Positions 1-13,173 of a stretch of DNA of 64,000 nucleotides are shown in pieces (position 1 is the stretch's first letter; every line of letters begins with the position of its first letter). The notes beneath the pieces were generated by a model. The model did not search any database. It was not told where the DNA came from and saw only the letters and a list, made by a program, of their open reading frames with translations. Where the stretch lies: the NCBI GenBank assembly GCA_963575745.1, contig CAUYUJ010000122.1, positions 1 to 64,000 on the forward strand. The letters run 5' to 3'. A program made the position numbers and the translations under genes. The stretch comes from Prorocentrum cordatum. Taxonomy: Eukaryota.

Positions 1-2539
1 ACCCAAAATCAATGAACGCACTGGAGTCTCAGGGTTGGGTCTCTTGTGAAGGTTTCTTGTGGACTGGCCCCCACTGCAGGGAGGGAGTGGAGCGGGAGGG
101 CCAGGATGACGAGGAGGAGGGGGAGGAGGACGCGAAGCGGAGACGGGGACGGACGAGGGAGGAGGGAGGAAGGTGGGGTCTGTGGCACTGCCAAAGACTG
201 GGCAGAATTGCCGCTCTTGCTGTGGCGCGCCGCCATGGAAACCTGGCCGAAGGGAACGATCCCAGACCGTCGACATCGTGATTTATTCATGACGCGGGCC
301 CCCTCAATCGACTCACATCATCCCCCTGGACCGATTTTGTATGATCTCGGGGCCTGAAAACGGCCACTGGACGACGAAATCACAGCATGAACAGAACAAT
401 TGAAACAGGCAACACAAAACTAAAGAAAACACCCGAATATTGAAAAAAACACGACGTCGGAAGTCTGAAGGCGATCGACGGTGCATCCGTGCCCTTTCTC
501 ACGCCCCAGCCCAACGAGGGCCCAGTGGAGGCATTGATGAAAATCCTGGCTGCGGTGACAAGTTTTCGTCCATGCTCTGCCCTCCTGAGGTGCAGAGTTG
601 AAGGCAGCAGTAGGCGCAGGGATGAAGCGTCGATGCTCAGCCCTAGGATACACGCCCCGTGCGGCTGCCGCGCAGGCGCCGAGATTCGGGCCGCCTGCCC
701 ACCGGTCGTTTATGTACAAGCGGGAGCACAGTAGTGCCCCCAGGAGCCCACTGGAGAAGGAAGGTGGGGAAGAGGAGGAGGAGGAGGACGACGAGGAGAG
801 GAATGAGGAGGAGGAGGAGGCGGAGGGAGAGGAGGGGGAGGGAGCGAAGAGAGGAGGAGAAGGAGGAGGACCAGAGTAAACCCAAGATGCAGCAGCGATA
901 CTGCGATACACCTTCTTGCCCCAAGTCCTCTACTTTCTGTTTCCCATCCTTGAAACTTTGCTATAACGACTGCCCGCTAAAACGAATGTGCGCGGCGCTA
1001 GGGCGCGATCTCCATTTTGATAACCACCCCCCTCCATCAGTGCAACTGTTATTACTTTCAAGCTTCAGCATCATCAGGTTTGTAAGGCATGGGGAAGTCT
1101 CAAGCCAAACGTCTGGCCCGCCCTCTACAGACACGCCTGGGGGCGGGACAGGGAGGAGCAATGTAGAATGAAAAGGGATGGAGGGGGGTGGAGGAGGAGG
1201 TGGAGGGGGAGGGGGAGGAAGAGGAGAACGGGAGGCGAACGAAGACGGCGCGGGGAAAGAGAGGACCACAACGACGAGAAGAACGAAGGGCAAGGGGGTA
1301 GGAAGGAAGGAGAAAGAGCCCACTGGCCAGGAGACCCTGCTCGTCGGCGAGGGCCACGAGGCCTGGGAACGGCCACTGGCCGAGCTCCGCAATACGGCGC
1401 GCCAATCTTCGCCCCTCGCACAGGTACGTGCCCGACGGTTGAAACACTTAAAGCGCTGCTATCTTTCCTGCAGCGTTTGAAAGGCTGCATGCCTAGCTGT
1501 ACCCCCCCCGTCCATCAGCACATACATATAAGGTACACACAGCTCGGGGCAATGATTTGTTGTACCCTCTCCGGCAGTACTGGTGACCGCGGTGGCCGTC
1601 GAATTGAGCGTGCAGCCTGGATGGCGCACCAACAGGGTCAGGATATCCCAACCTGTCGTGCTGGGTCTCGCCGAGGCGGGCCGTTGTCTTCAAACGTTGG
1701 CGGCGCGCAGAAGGGGGTAGGGAGAGGGTGGAAGGCTTCTTAGAAGGAGGCTGCTTCTTAGAAGGCGCTGGCCTTACATCTATAGAGAAGACCCTTACCT
1801 TCTAAGAAGCAGGGGTGTTTCCAAGAAGCCTTCCCGCCTCCCCCTACCCCCCTCTGCGCGTGGCTGAAAACGACTCAGAGCATCAAGTGAATATTCACGG
1901 CCGATGTCTGTGCCACAACGGCAGCCACCGTGGAGGAGGACGACGCCGACGAGCGGAATGGGACAAGGGACACGAAACACGCACGGCTTTCCACAGAAAG
2001 TCTAAGAAGTATTACACCCAGCTGATATATACACACATTGACTGCGCCGGAGGCTTTGAGAAGCACCCCACGAAAAAGTTGCTACGTATTGACAATCGGG
2101 AAGCCATCCGGACGGGTCCTGTGCTTCCCGCAAGGGGCACTCCTCCATACCTCGAGATCCGCTGCTCCAGCAGGGCACGTGCAGGCCGAAAACTGAACTC
2201 ACACCGAAAATGGCACTCGTGAGGCAGGCCCAATCGGCGCGCTCACTGCTCGACAGACACGAGCAGCACGCCGTCACCCGCGGCTCCGCACGACGCCCGG
2301 CCTCGACCTCGCCAAGGCCCCCTGCGCGCCCCCGTAGCCCGGGGGGATGATCTCGCTCAGCAGGGACTGGCCGTGCCTGTGGGATCGAAGGAAGCGGGCC
2401 CTGAAGGAAACGGGCCCTCTTCTTCCATCTCCCTGCTTTCCCCCCGCCCTTGCTTCCCATCCAATCACTGCTTTCATGCCATTGCTGCGCTGTCCAGGGT
2501 CACTACATCATGTACCGCACGCTAGTATACAAAAAAAAC

Positions 2540-2705
2540 GACTGACATAAACGTAAACATTGGGCGCTCCGCGCGGATTTCTTGGATCTGCGCTGGACCC
2601 CCCACCTTGGCGCGCGGAGCGCGCCAGGAGCGGCGCCGACGGGGATGCCCAGCGCAGATCCAAGAAATCCGCGGGGAGCGCCCAAAGTTCATGTTTATGC
2701 CAATC
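2540..2705. mobile_element. Hairpin/MITE-like element with ~55-bp inverted arms
   Basis: TTGGGCGCTCCGCGCGGATTTCTTGGATCTGCGCTGG is the near-perfect reverse complement of CCAGCGCAGATCCAAGAAATCCGCGGGGAGCGCCCAA. A degenerate relative lies at ~12055-12190. Confidence 0.75.
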
Positions 2706-4370
2706 CTCCTTCTTCTTCTTCTTCGATATGAGGGGTACAATGGAGGCCCATGCCAAGAAAAACCCTGCTTGCCTCCAGGGTGCCCTGGGGTTCTTGGGTT
2801 TCGATGGTTTTGCTACGGAAAGCGTGACGTCCCCACCCCAGAACTCCATGGACGTCCTGGGGTCTCAGGGTTGGGTTTCTTGTGGAAGGTTTCTTGTGGA
2901 CTGGACTCCACTGTAGCTTTACGAAGCTCTGTCCGCCACCGAGTGTGCATCAGAAGGCAACGGGCCCTGGAGCCCGGGGCCCTCCCCCAAGGCCACCTTC
3001 TCGCTCGTCCCGAGCCGGCCCCTGACGGCCCCGAGGACCCGGGGAGGCTCCTCCTCCTCCTCCTCCTCCTCCTCCTCCTCCTCCTCCTCCTCCTCCTCCT
3101 CCTCCTCCGCCCTCCTCCTCCTCCTCCTCCTCCTCCTTCCTCCTCCTCCTCCTCCTCCCCCTCCTCCTCCTCCTCCTCCTCCTCCTCCTCCTCCTCCTCC
3201 TCCCCCCGGAGCCCGAAAACAGCGGAAGGAAGCCTGCAGACCCGCCAGGGGAGGTGCTGGCCCCTCCCCCTGGGGAGCAAGAACATTTTTTGTTTGCGTC
3301 GGCGGCGCAGCAGAGGGGCTGCGCTGGCGGATCAAGCGAAACGGGGCGCGCTGGGCGAATTCAACCACCGTGCAGGAGGGAGGGGAGAGAGCGAAAAGGC
3401 GCCGGCCAGGGGAGGAGCAAAGAACATACGAGGAACACACGTGAAGTGAAATGTACAGGAACGCATCGGGGATCTTCTGACCCCGATCAATCCAGACCTG
3501 GGTCAGCAGGAAACGAAAAACTGCAATGCAGGAAAAAAAAATGCAACGCAGGTCTTCGCAAACCCGGGTCAGCCAATATGCGCGGCCGCCTCGCGGCCAC
3601 GAGCGGCTCGCTAACCCGGGTCAGCCAGAGGGAATCTTCGCAGGATCCTGCAGGATCTGGTGCCCTGGCTGACCCCCGCTTGCGTTGACCCCCGTCTCTT
3701 GAGCCCCGAACGCAGACTGCCAACGGGCGTCCAGGCAGTCTGGCACGCCTCGACGGGCCTCTGGCGCAGTGGCGGATCTCGGACCGAGGCGGCCTGCGGG
3801 CGTGCGGCCAGCCCCTCCCCTGAGGGGCCAGCTCAGGGGGGGGAACGTCGAGCTGGAATCGGCGATGCATCGCCGATGGGTCGGCGATGGGCCCCGGGAG
3901 CCCTGGGGATCCTGGGGAGGGCCCCCCAGAGCCCGAAGACGGCAAGAGGAAGCCTCCAGACCCGTCTCGGAAGAGCAACAGCAGGGGGGACCAGCTCAGG
4001 GGGGAAACGTCGAGCTGGAATCAGGTCGGGAATGTCCTGATACAGGAAGATGTTCAAGAAACATCAAGCATAAACAAACAATAATCAAACATGGTCATCG
4101 AAGGAGCGCGAAAATCGTCCCCAGACTGTTTTCCTAATCTGGGTCGCGTCGGGGTCGGTCGATCGATCCCTCGCGCGATCGCCCGCGATCGGGCCGCCCA
4201 GGAGGCCGGGCTCACGCGAGCCGCTCGGTGCCCCTCAGGGGTGAGGCACTCCGTGCCCTGACAGCCTCCCCCCCGGGGCCCGATTGGCGGCCGCGCCGAT
4301 GCATGGCTGCTTGGTGACGGATGAGATGTGTGCCCTGAGGGACCCTCAGCGGCACCCCACACAATACATC

Positions 4371-6375
4371 ATGCAGTCCAAAGCTAAACGCAGATCAATG
4401 AGGAGGCAGCGGCTGGTGGCCTTCAGACAGGCCGTTTTCGACCTTCTCACCCCTGCATGGAACGGCTGGGAACGCTGGAACCCAGACGCTGGATATAGCC
4501 TTGAAGAAGAATGGGCCGATCTCCATCAAGAAAGACGAGCGAACGCAGAGAGCAGCGGCAGCAGACAGTGGTGCAGCCCAACGGAAAAGCCACCATGCGA
4601 GAAGCGGTAGGCGAAGCACGAGCCCGACGGCGTCAGCTACGGTGCAGAGGCCACGACGAAGCCACCGTGCGAGAAGCGGGAGGCGAAGCACGAGCCCGAC
4701 GCCGGCAACTGCAGTGCAGAGGCCACGGCGAAGCCACATAGTGAGAAGCTGGAGGCGAAGCTTGAGCCCGACGCCGGCAACTACAGTGCAGAGGCCACGG
4801 GGAAGCCACCTTGCGAGAAGCGGGAGGCGAAGCGCGAGGCCAAAGCCATCAGCCACAGTGCAGAGGCTACGGCGAAGACACCGTGCGAGAGGCTGGAGGC
4901 GAAGCCAGAGCCCGACGACGTCAGCTATAGTGCAGCGGCCACGGAAAAGCCACCCTGCGAGATGCGGAAGGCGAAGCAACAGCCGACACAGACAGCTACT
5001 GTGCAGAGGCTCTCGAGATCGACAAGGCAGTCGAGATCGACAGGGCCGTATGGGAGAGAAACCTAATCACACCGACAATCCGAAGCCCGTGGCGCGTCTT
5101 CGAGAAGGACCTCGAGGATGAGATCGAGCACGCCACTGACAAGAACGAGGAGAACGTGGCAACCCTGCGAGCGCGCTGGGACACCGTGCAAGCGATGGGA
5201 GCGCTCGCGGTGTACGCGCAGCTCCCCAAGGACCAGCGCAACAACTACGTGGAGACGTCGAACGCCGAGCTGGCCGCCTATGCGAACTTCCTGCGCTACG
5301 GCATGCAAGGCGGCCGCTCGGAGGAGGTGGCAGCGGCGGCCTGGAGCAGCCTCACCTGCGAAGAAATGGCGGACTGGACCACCGAGGACCCCAAGGCAAT
5401 GCTCGCCACGGACCCGCGGTGGGCGCAGCTCCTCAAGAAGGAAGACCCAGAGGGCCCTGGGGAGGCGGAGGAGGAACAGGACGTCGAAGGCGACGACCGC
5501 GAGGACCCAGATGACGAGCAGGAGGACCCAGAGGACGAACAGGAGGACCCAGAGGCTTCGGCGGAGAGCCCAGTGCGAAACAAAAACACCAACGGCGTAC
5601 AGGCAGGGAATGCGGCGGAGGTGCTGGCCGCCTTGAAGGAGGCCGACGCACGCGGCGAGGAGATGGCCCCGCGCCTCCGCAAACTGATCAACCAGTGGCT
5701 GGCGGAGTACGGGACACAAACCGAGAGCGACGAGAAGAGCCAAAGGCGGAAGGCCGATGAGGAGCAGCACCACCCGAAGGAGGAGCTGACAGATAGCTGC
5801 GGCCACTTCCACAAGCCCCTCATCACCACAGGGAAGGAAAAGTCAAACTACGACCTCGACGGCGCGACCGACTGCCCGCCCGTGAAGAACATGCGGTACC
5901 ACCTCGGCGCCTACGCCAGCGAGGACCTGAGCCCCAGCGAGGTCGGCATGCCCGAGGACGACCACCACGTAGAAAGCGACCATCTCGGACTCATCGCCAA
6001 GACGGTGCGCTTCCGTCTTCCCGAGGAGGTGGATGACCTTGGCGACGGCGGCCACCAGCGCAGCTACGGCTCCCAGAACTCCGCGGATGCAGCCGCCCAG
6101 CACCCGAAGGACCGCGCAGGCCACTTCGACGCCACCCCCGCGGGGCGAGGGGGTAGGCCCCAGGCCGCAGCCCACCCCTGCAGGGCGAGGGGTTAGGCCC
6201 AAGGTCGCGTACGCTGTGCTCTGCAACACCTTCGACTGGGTCATCTTCGTCACCCCAGCGGGGCGAGGGGGTAGGCCCCAGGGCACAGCCCACCCCTGCA
6301 GGGCGAGGGGTTAGGCCCAGTCGTGGTGAGGACGAGTTCAGCGAATTCGGCAACCTCCTGAACGACATCCTCTGA
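4371..6375 (+). pseudogene. Disabled intronless ORF of unknown function with 24-aa tandem repeats and an acidic region
   Basis: ATG at 4371. TAG at 4608-4610 where sister repeats have GAG. A 1-bp deletion near 4983 shifts into the GC3-rich 5156..6196 frame. The 3' end is uncertain. Confidence 0.6.
4570..5010 (+). repeat. 72-bp coding tandem repeat, ~6 copies (KPPCEKREAKHEPDxxxYxAEATx)
   Basis: GCAGAGG-type anchor recurs at 4644, 4716, 4788, 4860, 4932 and 5003. Confidence 0.9.
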
Positions 6376-6600
6376 ACGGGTACACCGCTAGATAGCGGTA
6401 TGGACTCGATATTGAAAGATATTGAAAGATCTTGAAAGGAGGAGGAGGGGCAGGGGGAGGAGGGGAGGCGGAGGAGGAGGAGGAGGAGGAGGAGGAGGAG
6501 GAGGAGGAGGGGAAGGAGGAGGAGGACGAAGGGAGGAGGAGGTAGGGGAAGGAGGAGGACGCGGGGGGGGAGGATGGCCCCTGTGCTTCTGGGCGAGCGC

Positions 6601-6806
6601 CTGGAGGCCATCATCCTGTCCAGCGCGGGCGGCTCCAGGAGCTGGCGGCAGGCGGCCTCCAGCAGGCCCCCTCCAGCGGCCGCAGGGCACGCTCGGGCGT
6701 GCGCCGCGATCGTGAAGAGGCGCTGGGTGCTCGCGAAGCCGTGGGCGCTGGCGGCCATCGTCGCCAGGAGGGGCTCCTGCGCCACGATCCGCTCCGCGAT
6801 GTCCAC
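6601..6806 (-). CDS. Pumilio/PUF protein exon (degenerate C-terminal repeats; downstream exons unresolved)
   Basis: CTCAG| acceptor in phase 0 gives VDIAERIVAQEPLLATMAASAHGFASTQRLF...MMAS. Putative AG|GC donor. Confidence 0.75.
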
Positions 6807-7287
6807 CTGAGCGACGAGGAGTCCTCCTCCTCCTCCTCCTCCTCCTCCTCCTCCTCCTCCTCCTCCTCCTCTCCTCCTCCTCTCCTCCTTCCTCCTCCTC
6901 CTCTCCTCCCTCCGCTCCTCCTCCTCCTCCTCCTCCCCTCCTCCTCCTCCTCCACCTCCTCCTCCCCTCCTCCTCCTCCACTCTCCTCCTCCCTCCTCCT
7001 CCTCCCTCCTCCTCCTCCTCCTCCTCCCTCCTCCTCCTCCTCCTCCTCCTCCTCCTCCTCCTCCTCCTCCTCCTCCTCCTCCTCCTCTCCTCCTCCTCCT
7101 CCTCCTCCTCCTCCTCACGGCGGACCTCGCGCGAGATGACGCGGCGGCCTCGCGCTGCGGCTCACGCGGGCCGCCAGCGCGGCACGCCACATCTGGAACG
7201 AGGGCGCTCGCGCGCGGCCTTGCGCGGGCAGCTCACGCGCCAGCGTCGGTGAAGACGAAGACGCACCCGTTTTCCATCGTCGCTCAC

Positions 7288-7470
7288 CTGGTCGTTCCAG
7301 GAGCCGTACGTCAGGATCTTGTCCAGGACCCCGCACGCGGAGACGCCGTGGACGAAGAGCGCGGGGTTCTGCCGGACCACGCCAGCGATGTGCCTCCGCT
7401 GCGCGTCGTCCCCGTGCTCCAACAGGTGCTGGATCACAAAGTTTCCGTACTGGTCGCCGCTCAGGGTCTC
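7288..7470 (-). CDS. Pumilio/PUF protein exon
   Basis: ETLSGDQYGNFVIQHLLEHGDDAQRRHIAGVVRQNPALFVHGVSACGVLDKILTYGSWNDQ, with a canonical 'DQYGNFVIQHLLEHG' motif. AAAG| acceptor, CAG|GTGAG donor. Confidence 0.92.
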
Positions 7471-7697
7471 CTTTGGAGTCCCGAAACGGTGCGGTGACGG
7501 ACCGTGCGGTGACCTCGAAATCCCCCAAGACCTCACCGCACGGTCCGTCACTGCACGGTCTTGGGACCCCAGAGGCCCTGGTCGCCCGAGACGTCCTCGG
7601 AGAACGCCCCCGAGTCCCAAAACCGTGCGGTGACCCCGAATCCCCACCGACGCACCACATGGTGTGGTCACCACCCCGTTTGGTGGCCCCTGGTCTC
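7471..7697 (-). mobile_element. Introner-like dispersed repeat 'family A' forming an entire PUF intron
   Basis: Aligns end-to-end with 56056-56244 plus 56526-56560. Direct repeat GGAGACC at both junctions. Confidence 0.8.
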
Positions 7698-7815
7698 CAC
7701 GTTACCGAGGATGTCCCGGAGCGCGCACTCGAGACGGCCCCTGGGGAAGTGCTCAATCAGGCGCTCGAGGACCCTGCACCCGTAGGGCTGCCGTGCCAGG
7801 TCCGCTGCACTCCAC
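7698..7815 (-). CDS. Pumilio/PUF protein exon (not in the ORF track frame)
   Basis: WSAADLARQPYGCRVLERLIEHFPRGRLECALRDILGNV, with a PUF 'YGCRVLERLIEH' motif. CAG| acceptor matches phase 2 of the previous exon. Donor is GA (or GT three nt earlier). Confidence 0.9.
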
Positions 7816-8049
7816 CTGCGCCCGGAGGAGGGGAGAGGGAGGGGGAGAGGGAGGGAGGGAGGGAGGGGCGGAGGGAGGGAGGGAGGGAGGGAGGGGAATG
7901 AGGCAGAAGGAGGGCGACAAGGCGGGAGGAGGAGGTCCTGCGCATAACACCCTGGCCTGACACGCTAACACCATACCCTGCCCAGACGACCACACTTTGG
8001 GAGATAAGGAGGTTGTGGGGGGGGAGAGGGGGGGAACCAACATCTGACT

Positions 8050-8440
8050 CAATCGATCTCACTATCGATCTCACTCAACGGGACACCACGGGACACCATG
8101 GGACACCACGGGACACTTGTCGGTCTCATTATCGATCTCATTATCGATCTCACTCAACGGGACACCATGGGCCACCACGGGACACCACGGGACACCGGAG
8201 GACACTTCTCGATCTCAGTATCGATCCCAGTATGGATCTCACTATCGATCTCACTCAACGAGACGCCATAGGACAGCATTGGACACCTCGGGACACCACA
8301 TCGATCTCACTATCGATCTCACTATCGATCTTACTCAACGGGACACCACGGGACATCACGGGACACCTGTCGATCTCACTATCGATCTCACTATCGATCT
8401 CACTCAACGGGACACCACGGGACACCAGCGGGACACAGCG
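8050..8440. repeat. Composite minisatellite of alternating ATCGATCTCACT (12-bp) and GGGACACCAC (10-bp) blocks
   Basis: Both motifs are directly visible in repeated alternating runs. Confidence 0.9.
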
Positions 8441-10980
8441 GGCCACCGGCCGCCGGAGGAGAAACGCTTGGTCCGGCCGCGGACCAGCCACAGGAGGATT
8501 TCGGGACACCCGCGGGACACCGGCGGGACACCGGCCGCCGGAGGAGTTACATTTGGTCCAGCCGCGGCCCAGCCACAGGAGGATTTCCTCTCGCCCGCCC
8601 ATGCAGCTTCGCCTCGCCCGCACGCACGCACGGCACGCACGACACGAACCCGAAACCGAAATCGATTTCCCTGTAGGGGGGGTCTCCGTTCCACGTCGGA
8701 CTCACCCCCCGATCACCCGAACCCTAACCATAATGCCGTAAACTTAGCACCTGGGACCTAACCATGCAACCCTACTCCGAACACCCCAACAGTCTCGCTA
8801 ACATGTCAACCCTGGCACCCTAACCCAGGAATACGATGTTCAGAGGGCGAACGATAGAGGTTGCGGGAAAACGTATGTGTATCACTTAGGACGCGCGTGG
8901 AGCTGGCCAAACGCAAGTGACACTAGCACTGCATCATCCGAACCATCTGCCACAATCAAAAGCGAACGAATGTAAATGTGGGAACAGCTGACAAAGTGTA
9001 AAGAATAACAGCAAAGGTTTCTTGTGCACTGGATTCGACTAGTGGGTCGTTAGTAGAAGGGGCGGTCCGCCACAAGAAGGAGGGAGGGAGGGAGGAGAGG
9101 GCAGGGGAGGGATGATGAAAATGGAGGAGGGCGTTCTGGGTTCTCTTGGGACTCGGGCGTCCCAGGTTTCTCGGGGGACTCTCGGAGCGTCGTCGGGAAT
9201 GCCTGGCGTGTCTGGCGCGTCTGGCGTGTCCTGGGTGTACGGCGTGTCCGGGGTGGAGGAGGAGGAGGAGGAGGAGGGGGAGGAGGAGAAAAAGGAGGAG
9301 GAGGAAGAGGGGAAGGAGGAGGAGGAGGAGGAGGAGGAGGAGGGAGAGGAGGAGGAGGAGGAGGAGGCGGAGGAGGAGGCGGAGGAGGAGGAGGAGTGTC
9401 CGGGGTGTCTGGGGGGTGCCAGGGGACCTGGTGGGGACTCCACTGGAGCGTTCCAGATGTTTACCTCGATGGCCCGTGTGTGGCCGCCGCGTCGAAGCTG
9501 CGCGCACGTGCCGTGCTACATCTCCAGGCGGGGTGGCAGACGTTTGGCGGCAGCGAGGCTACATGGTGAAATGAGGCTGTGCCCGAAGGCGCTGCAATGT
9601 ATGATGCCCTGGCCCGTCAACGGGGCCAAGGACAGCGGCATAAAGCATTGATCCTTCCACATTCGCCACTTCCTGCTTGTCCTCCTCGTCCTCCTCCCTC
9701 CTCATCACTTCCCCCACCCACCCCTTCTCAAACTGCGATGAGCCCTGCTGCGCTCGCCGCTATGGTAAAGAAAGTCCTTACAGAGTCAGTTGCTCAGTGA
9801 GCTATCTAGCTCTTGCAAAGCATGATGGCTGATCTTGCTTAGAAGGGTTCCGTCCTTCTGTTGCTGGTGGAGTTCCTTCTCCAACCTCCTCCTCCCCTGT
9901 CTTCATCCCTCCGCTTCCTCCCTCTCCGCCTCTTCCACTCTACTCCGAATTCCTCTGCCTCCTTACATTCCCCCTCCTCCTCCTTCTCCATCTTCTCCTC
10001 CTCCTCCTCTTCCTCCTCCTCCTCCTTCTCCTCCTCCTCCTCCTCCTCCTCCTCCTCCTCCCCTCCTCCTCCTCCTGTTCCTCAACCTCCTCCTCCTCCT
10101 CCTCCTCCTCCTCCTCCTCCTCCTCCTCCTCCTCCTCCTCCTCCTCCTCCTCTTCCTCCGGCCCGTCAACATCACTAACACCGTTAATTCTCTCCATCAT
10201 CAACATCGTTTGTGGTTTGTCATGAGGAATATGTCCAAAAAAATTGCCAAATGCCCACGGCACCTCTGGACATCCAACAGCCTCCCCACCCCTTCCGTTC
10301 CCTCCTTTCTTTTTTGTGGGAGCCTTGTGGAAACCTCCTGGGACCTCTGGAAGCCTGTGACAACATTCCAATGTTAACCAGCGTGGAATCCGAACAATAC
10401 GTCATTGCCGAGTGGATGTGCAAGCTACGTGGTGCAAGATATGTTGTGCTATGTCAATATGTGATTCATAAAAGCAGGCGGGGCGCGTGATTAAATAAAT
10501 GGTTCCCTGCTCGGGCGAATCGCAACGGGGGGCGCTCGCCGAATGGGAACACACGGCGGATGCATCGGTGATTAGCGCCGACACCAAGTTGACAGCTAGA
10601 GGACGATACGCGCGACTCAAGCGGCGCTACTTCAGCAGAGGGGACCAAAATGGCTACAGACAGGAGAGAAAGAGGAGGCGGGGGGAAGAGGCGCCTCAGC
10701 TGGCGAGCGGTGCCGACAGAGCCGCAAACAGAAAAAGGAAGAAGGGAGGAGGAACGGCGGAGGCGGGCGGAAAGGGTTCCTCTTTGTATTTCCACCCCTC
10801 CCTCCTCCCTCAACTACAGTATGTCCGACGACGACGTCGCCGTCGTCGACGACGACGGCGAAGACGGCGACGAAGACGGCGACGGCGACGGCGACGGCGA
10901 TGGCGACGGCGGACGACGACGCAACGCCAATGCTCCATGGGGGGGCGGGGGGGCTGCGCATGCCCGCTGTAGTCGTCGAA

Positions 10981-11028
<48 letters not shown>

Positions 11029-11323
11029 GACGACAACGACAACGACAACGACAACGACGCACTGCGGATGCCCCATAAGGGGGGGCGAGTGGGGATGCTG
11101 CGTAGCCCCGCTGACGACGACGACGACGGCGACGACGACGAATGACGTTGGATGACGACGCACTGCGGCTGCCCCAAGAGGAGGTCACTGCGATGCGAGC
11201 TCCGCTGCATTCGACGACAACGACGACGATGACGATGACGACCACAACCACGACGACACCGCAATGCGGATGCCCAACGGGGTGCTGCGTAGGCCCGCTG
11301 AGTCGACGACGACGACGACGTTT

Positions 11324-11355
<32 letters not shown>

Positions 11356-11453
11356 TACGACGACGACGACGACGACGATGACGACCACAACCACGACGAC
11401 GACGCAATGCGGTTGCCCCACGGGTGCTGCGTAGGCCCGCTGGGTCGACGACA

Positions 11454-11484
<31 letters not shown>

Positions 11485-13173
11485 CTACGACGGCGGCGAC
11501 GACTGTGGCACGTCAGAAATCGGCCTGAGAGGCCGCCTCGGATGTATACGATCCCTACAACAAGTTCTCTACGAAAGGCAACAATTTTGAGGCTGCCGTG
11601 CAAGGGGAATGCACGATCCCCTCGGCTGCGCCCGCGACGACCCCCAGGCGCGCGAGATTAAAAAAAGATGTCGCGCCCCGCGGGGTCTACTCATCAGCCC
11701 TACGGAGAGGGGGAGCCATCATGTATTCATCACAAGCTGACGTCAAACTGAAGTGCACCATACTTGGTGTAAACTCTGAGCGGCAACGGCGCGGCCACGG
11801 GCGGCAAAGTGACGAAATTTCGCCAGACCCACCCAGCGCAGGGGGTGGCCACGAGGCGGCCTTGGGCGGCAACGTGGCGAAACCTCGCCGGACCCATCCT
11901 GCGTACGAGGCGGCAGCCACGACGCGGCCACGGGCGGCCCCTCGCAGGACCCACCCACCGCACAGGGCGGCCGCGAGGCGGCAGCGGGCGGCAGCGTGGC
12001 GAAACCTCGCCAGGCGCTCCCAGCGCATGCGCTCTGAGAAGAAAGAACGCATCAGCATAAACTTGCGGAGGTCCGCGCGGATTCACGAGATCGGCGCTGG
12101 ATGCCTTCTGGCCGTGCCCCCAGCGCCGCCCCCGGCGCGCTCCGCGCGCCCAGGAGAGAGAGCCCATCGCCGATCCAAGAAATCCGCGACGACCTCCGAA
12201 AGCCTATAGTGCAGCAGCAAGGTCCGATCGCGCGCGGATGGTCGCGCGCGCCCCGCAAGTGGAGACGGCACTGAAAAATCATGCAACTGTACACACCCCT
12301 CCAAGAACGAACTTGCCGGCAAGCTACTAGTTATGTTCGAAAGTTCCCAAACCAAAGACCCGAGTGCCATGGAGTACTTTTGAGAATGACGTAGCATGCT
12401 TGTGCTGCCTGTTCTTTTCTTCGAGCTGTGGTCCTGTCAAAGCCCCTCCTCCTCCTCCTCCTCCTCCTCCGCCTTTTCCCCCTTTTCCTCCTCCTCCTCC
12501 TCCTCCTCCTCCTCCTCCTCCTCCTCCTCCTCCTCCTCCTCCTCCTCCTCCTCCTCCTCCTCCTCCTACTCCCTCCTATCGGACGGGAAGCACTTGAGAC
12601 CACGGCCCCGCCGCACAGAGCTGCTCCACAGTCGGCGCCCCTCCTAGGGCCCTCCTAGGGCCCGACCCAAATTTGGCCGTCGCGACGAGAAGCCTCCAGA
12701 AAACCCCCCAAAAAAATACGGAATACGGTCGAAACGCTGTCACAGGCAACCCTGAATCAGGAACGAGGCCCCTCTTTCCACAGGGTAAACTTCGATTCTC
12801 CTGAGAAAAACCAAGAAAACCCTTAGAAAAACAATAAAGCCATTGAGGAACACTGAGCCCCTCCCCGACGAAAGGGGTTCCTCCTTCAGCGGCCCGACTT
12901 TAGCGCCCAAGAAGAACCACCGTCTGTCTCAACCAGCCCTCTTCCGATCCTCCACAGAGAGGGAGCGACGAGGGGGCACCAGCTCGAGGGAGGAAACGTC
13001 GACCTGGAATCGGCGATGCATCACCGAAGGATCGGCGGCAGGCTCTTCGATGGCGGACACGCGCCTTCCTGGGCGGCGTGCACCAGGAGGCCTCTATCGA
13101 AGGTGGGTGGGCGATTGGGGGTCGATGCATTTCCCACTAAGCCCCTCCCCCCCGAAGGTTGCCCCTGATTCAC

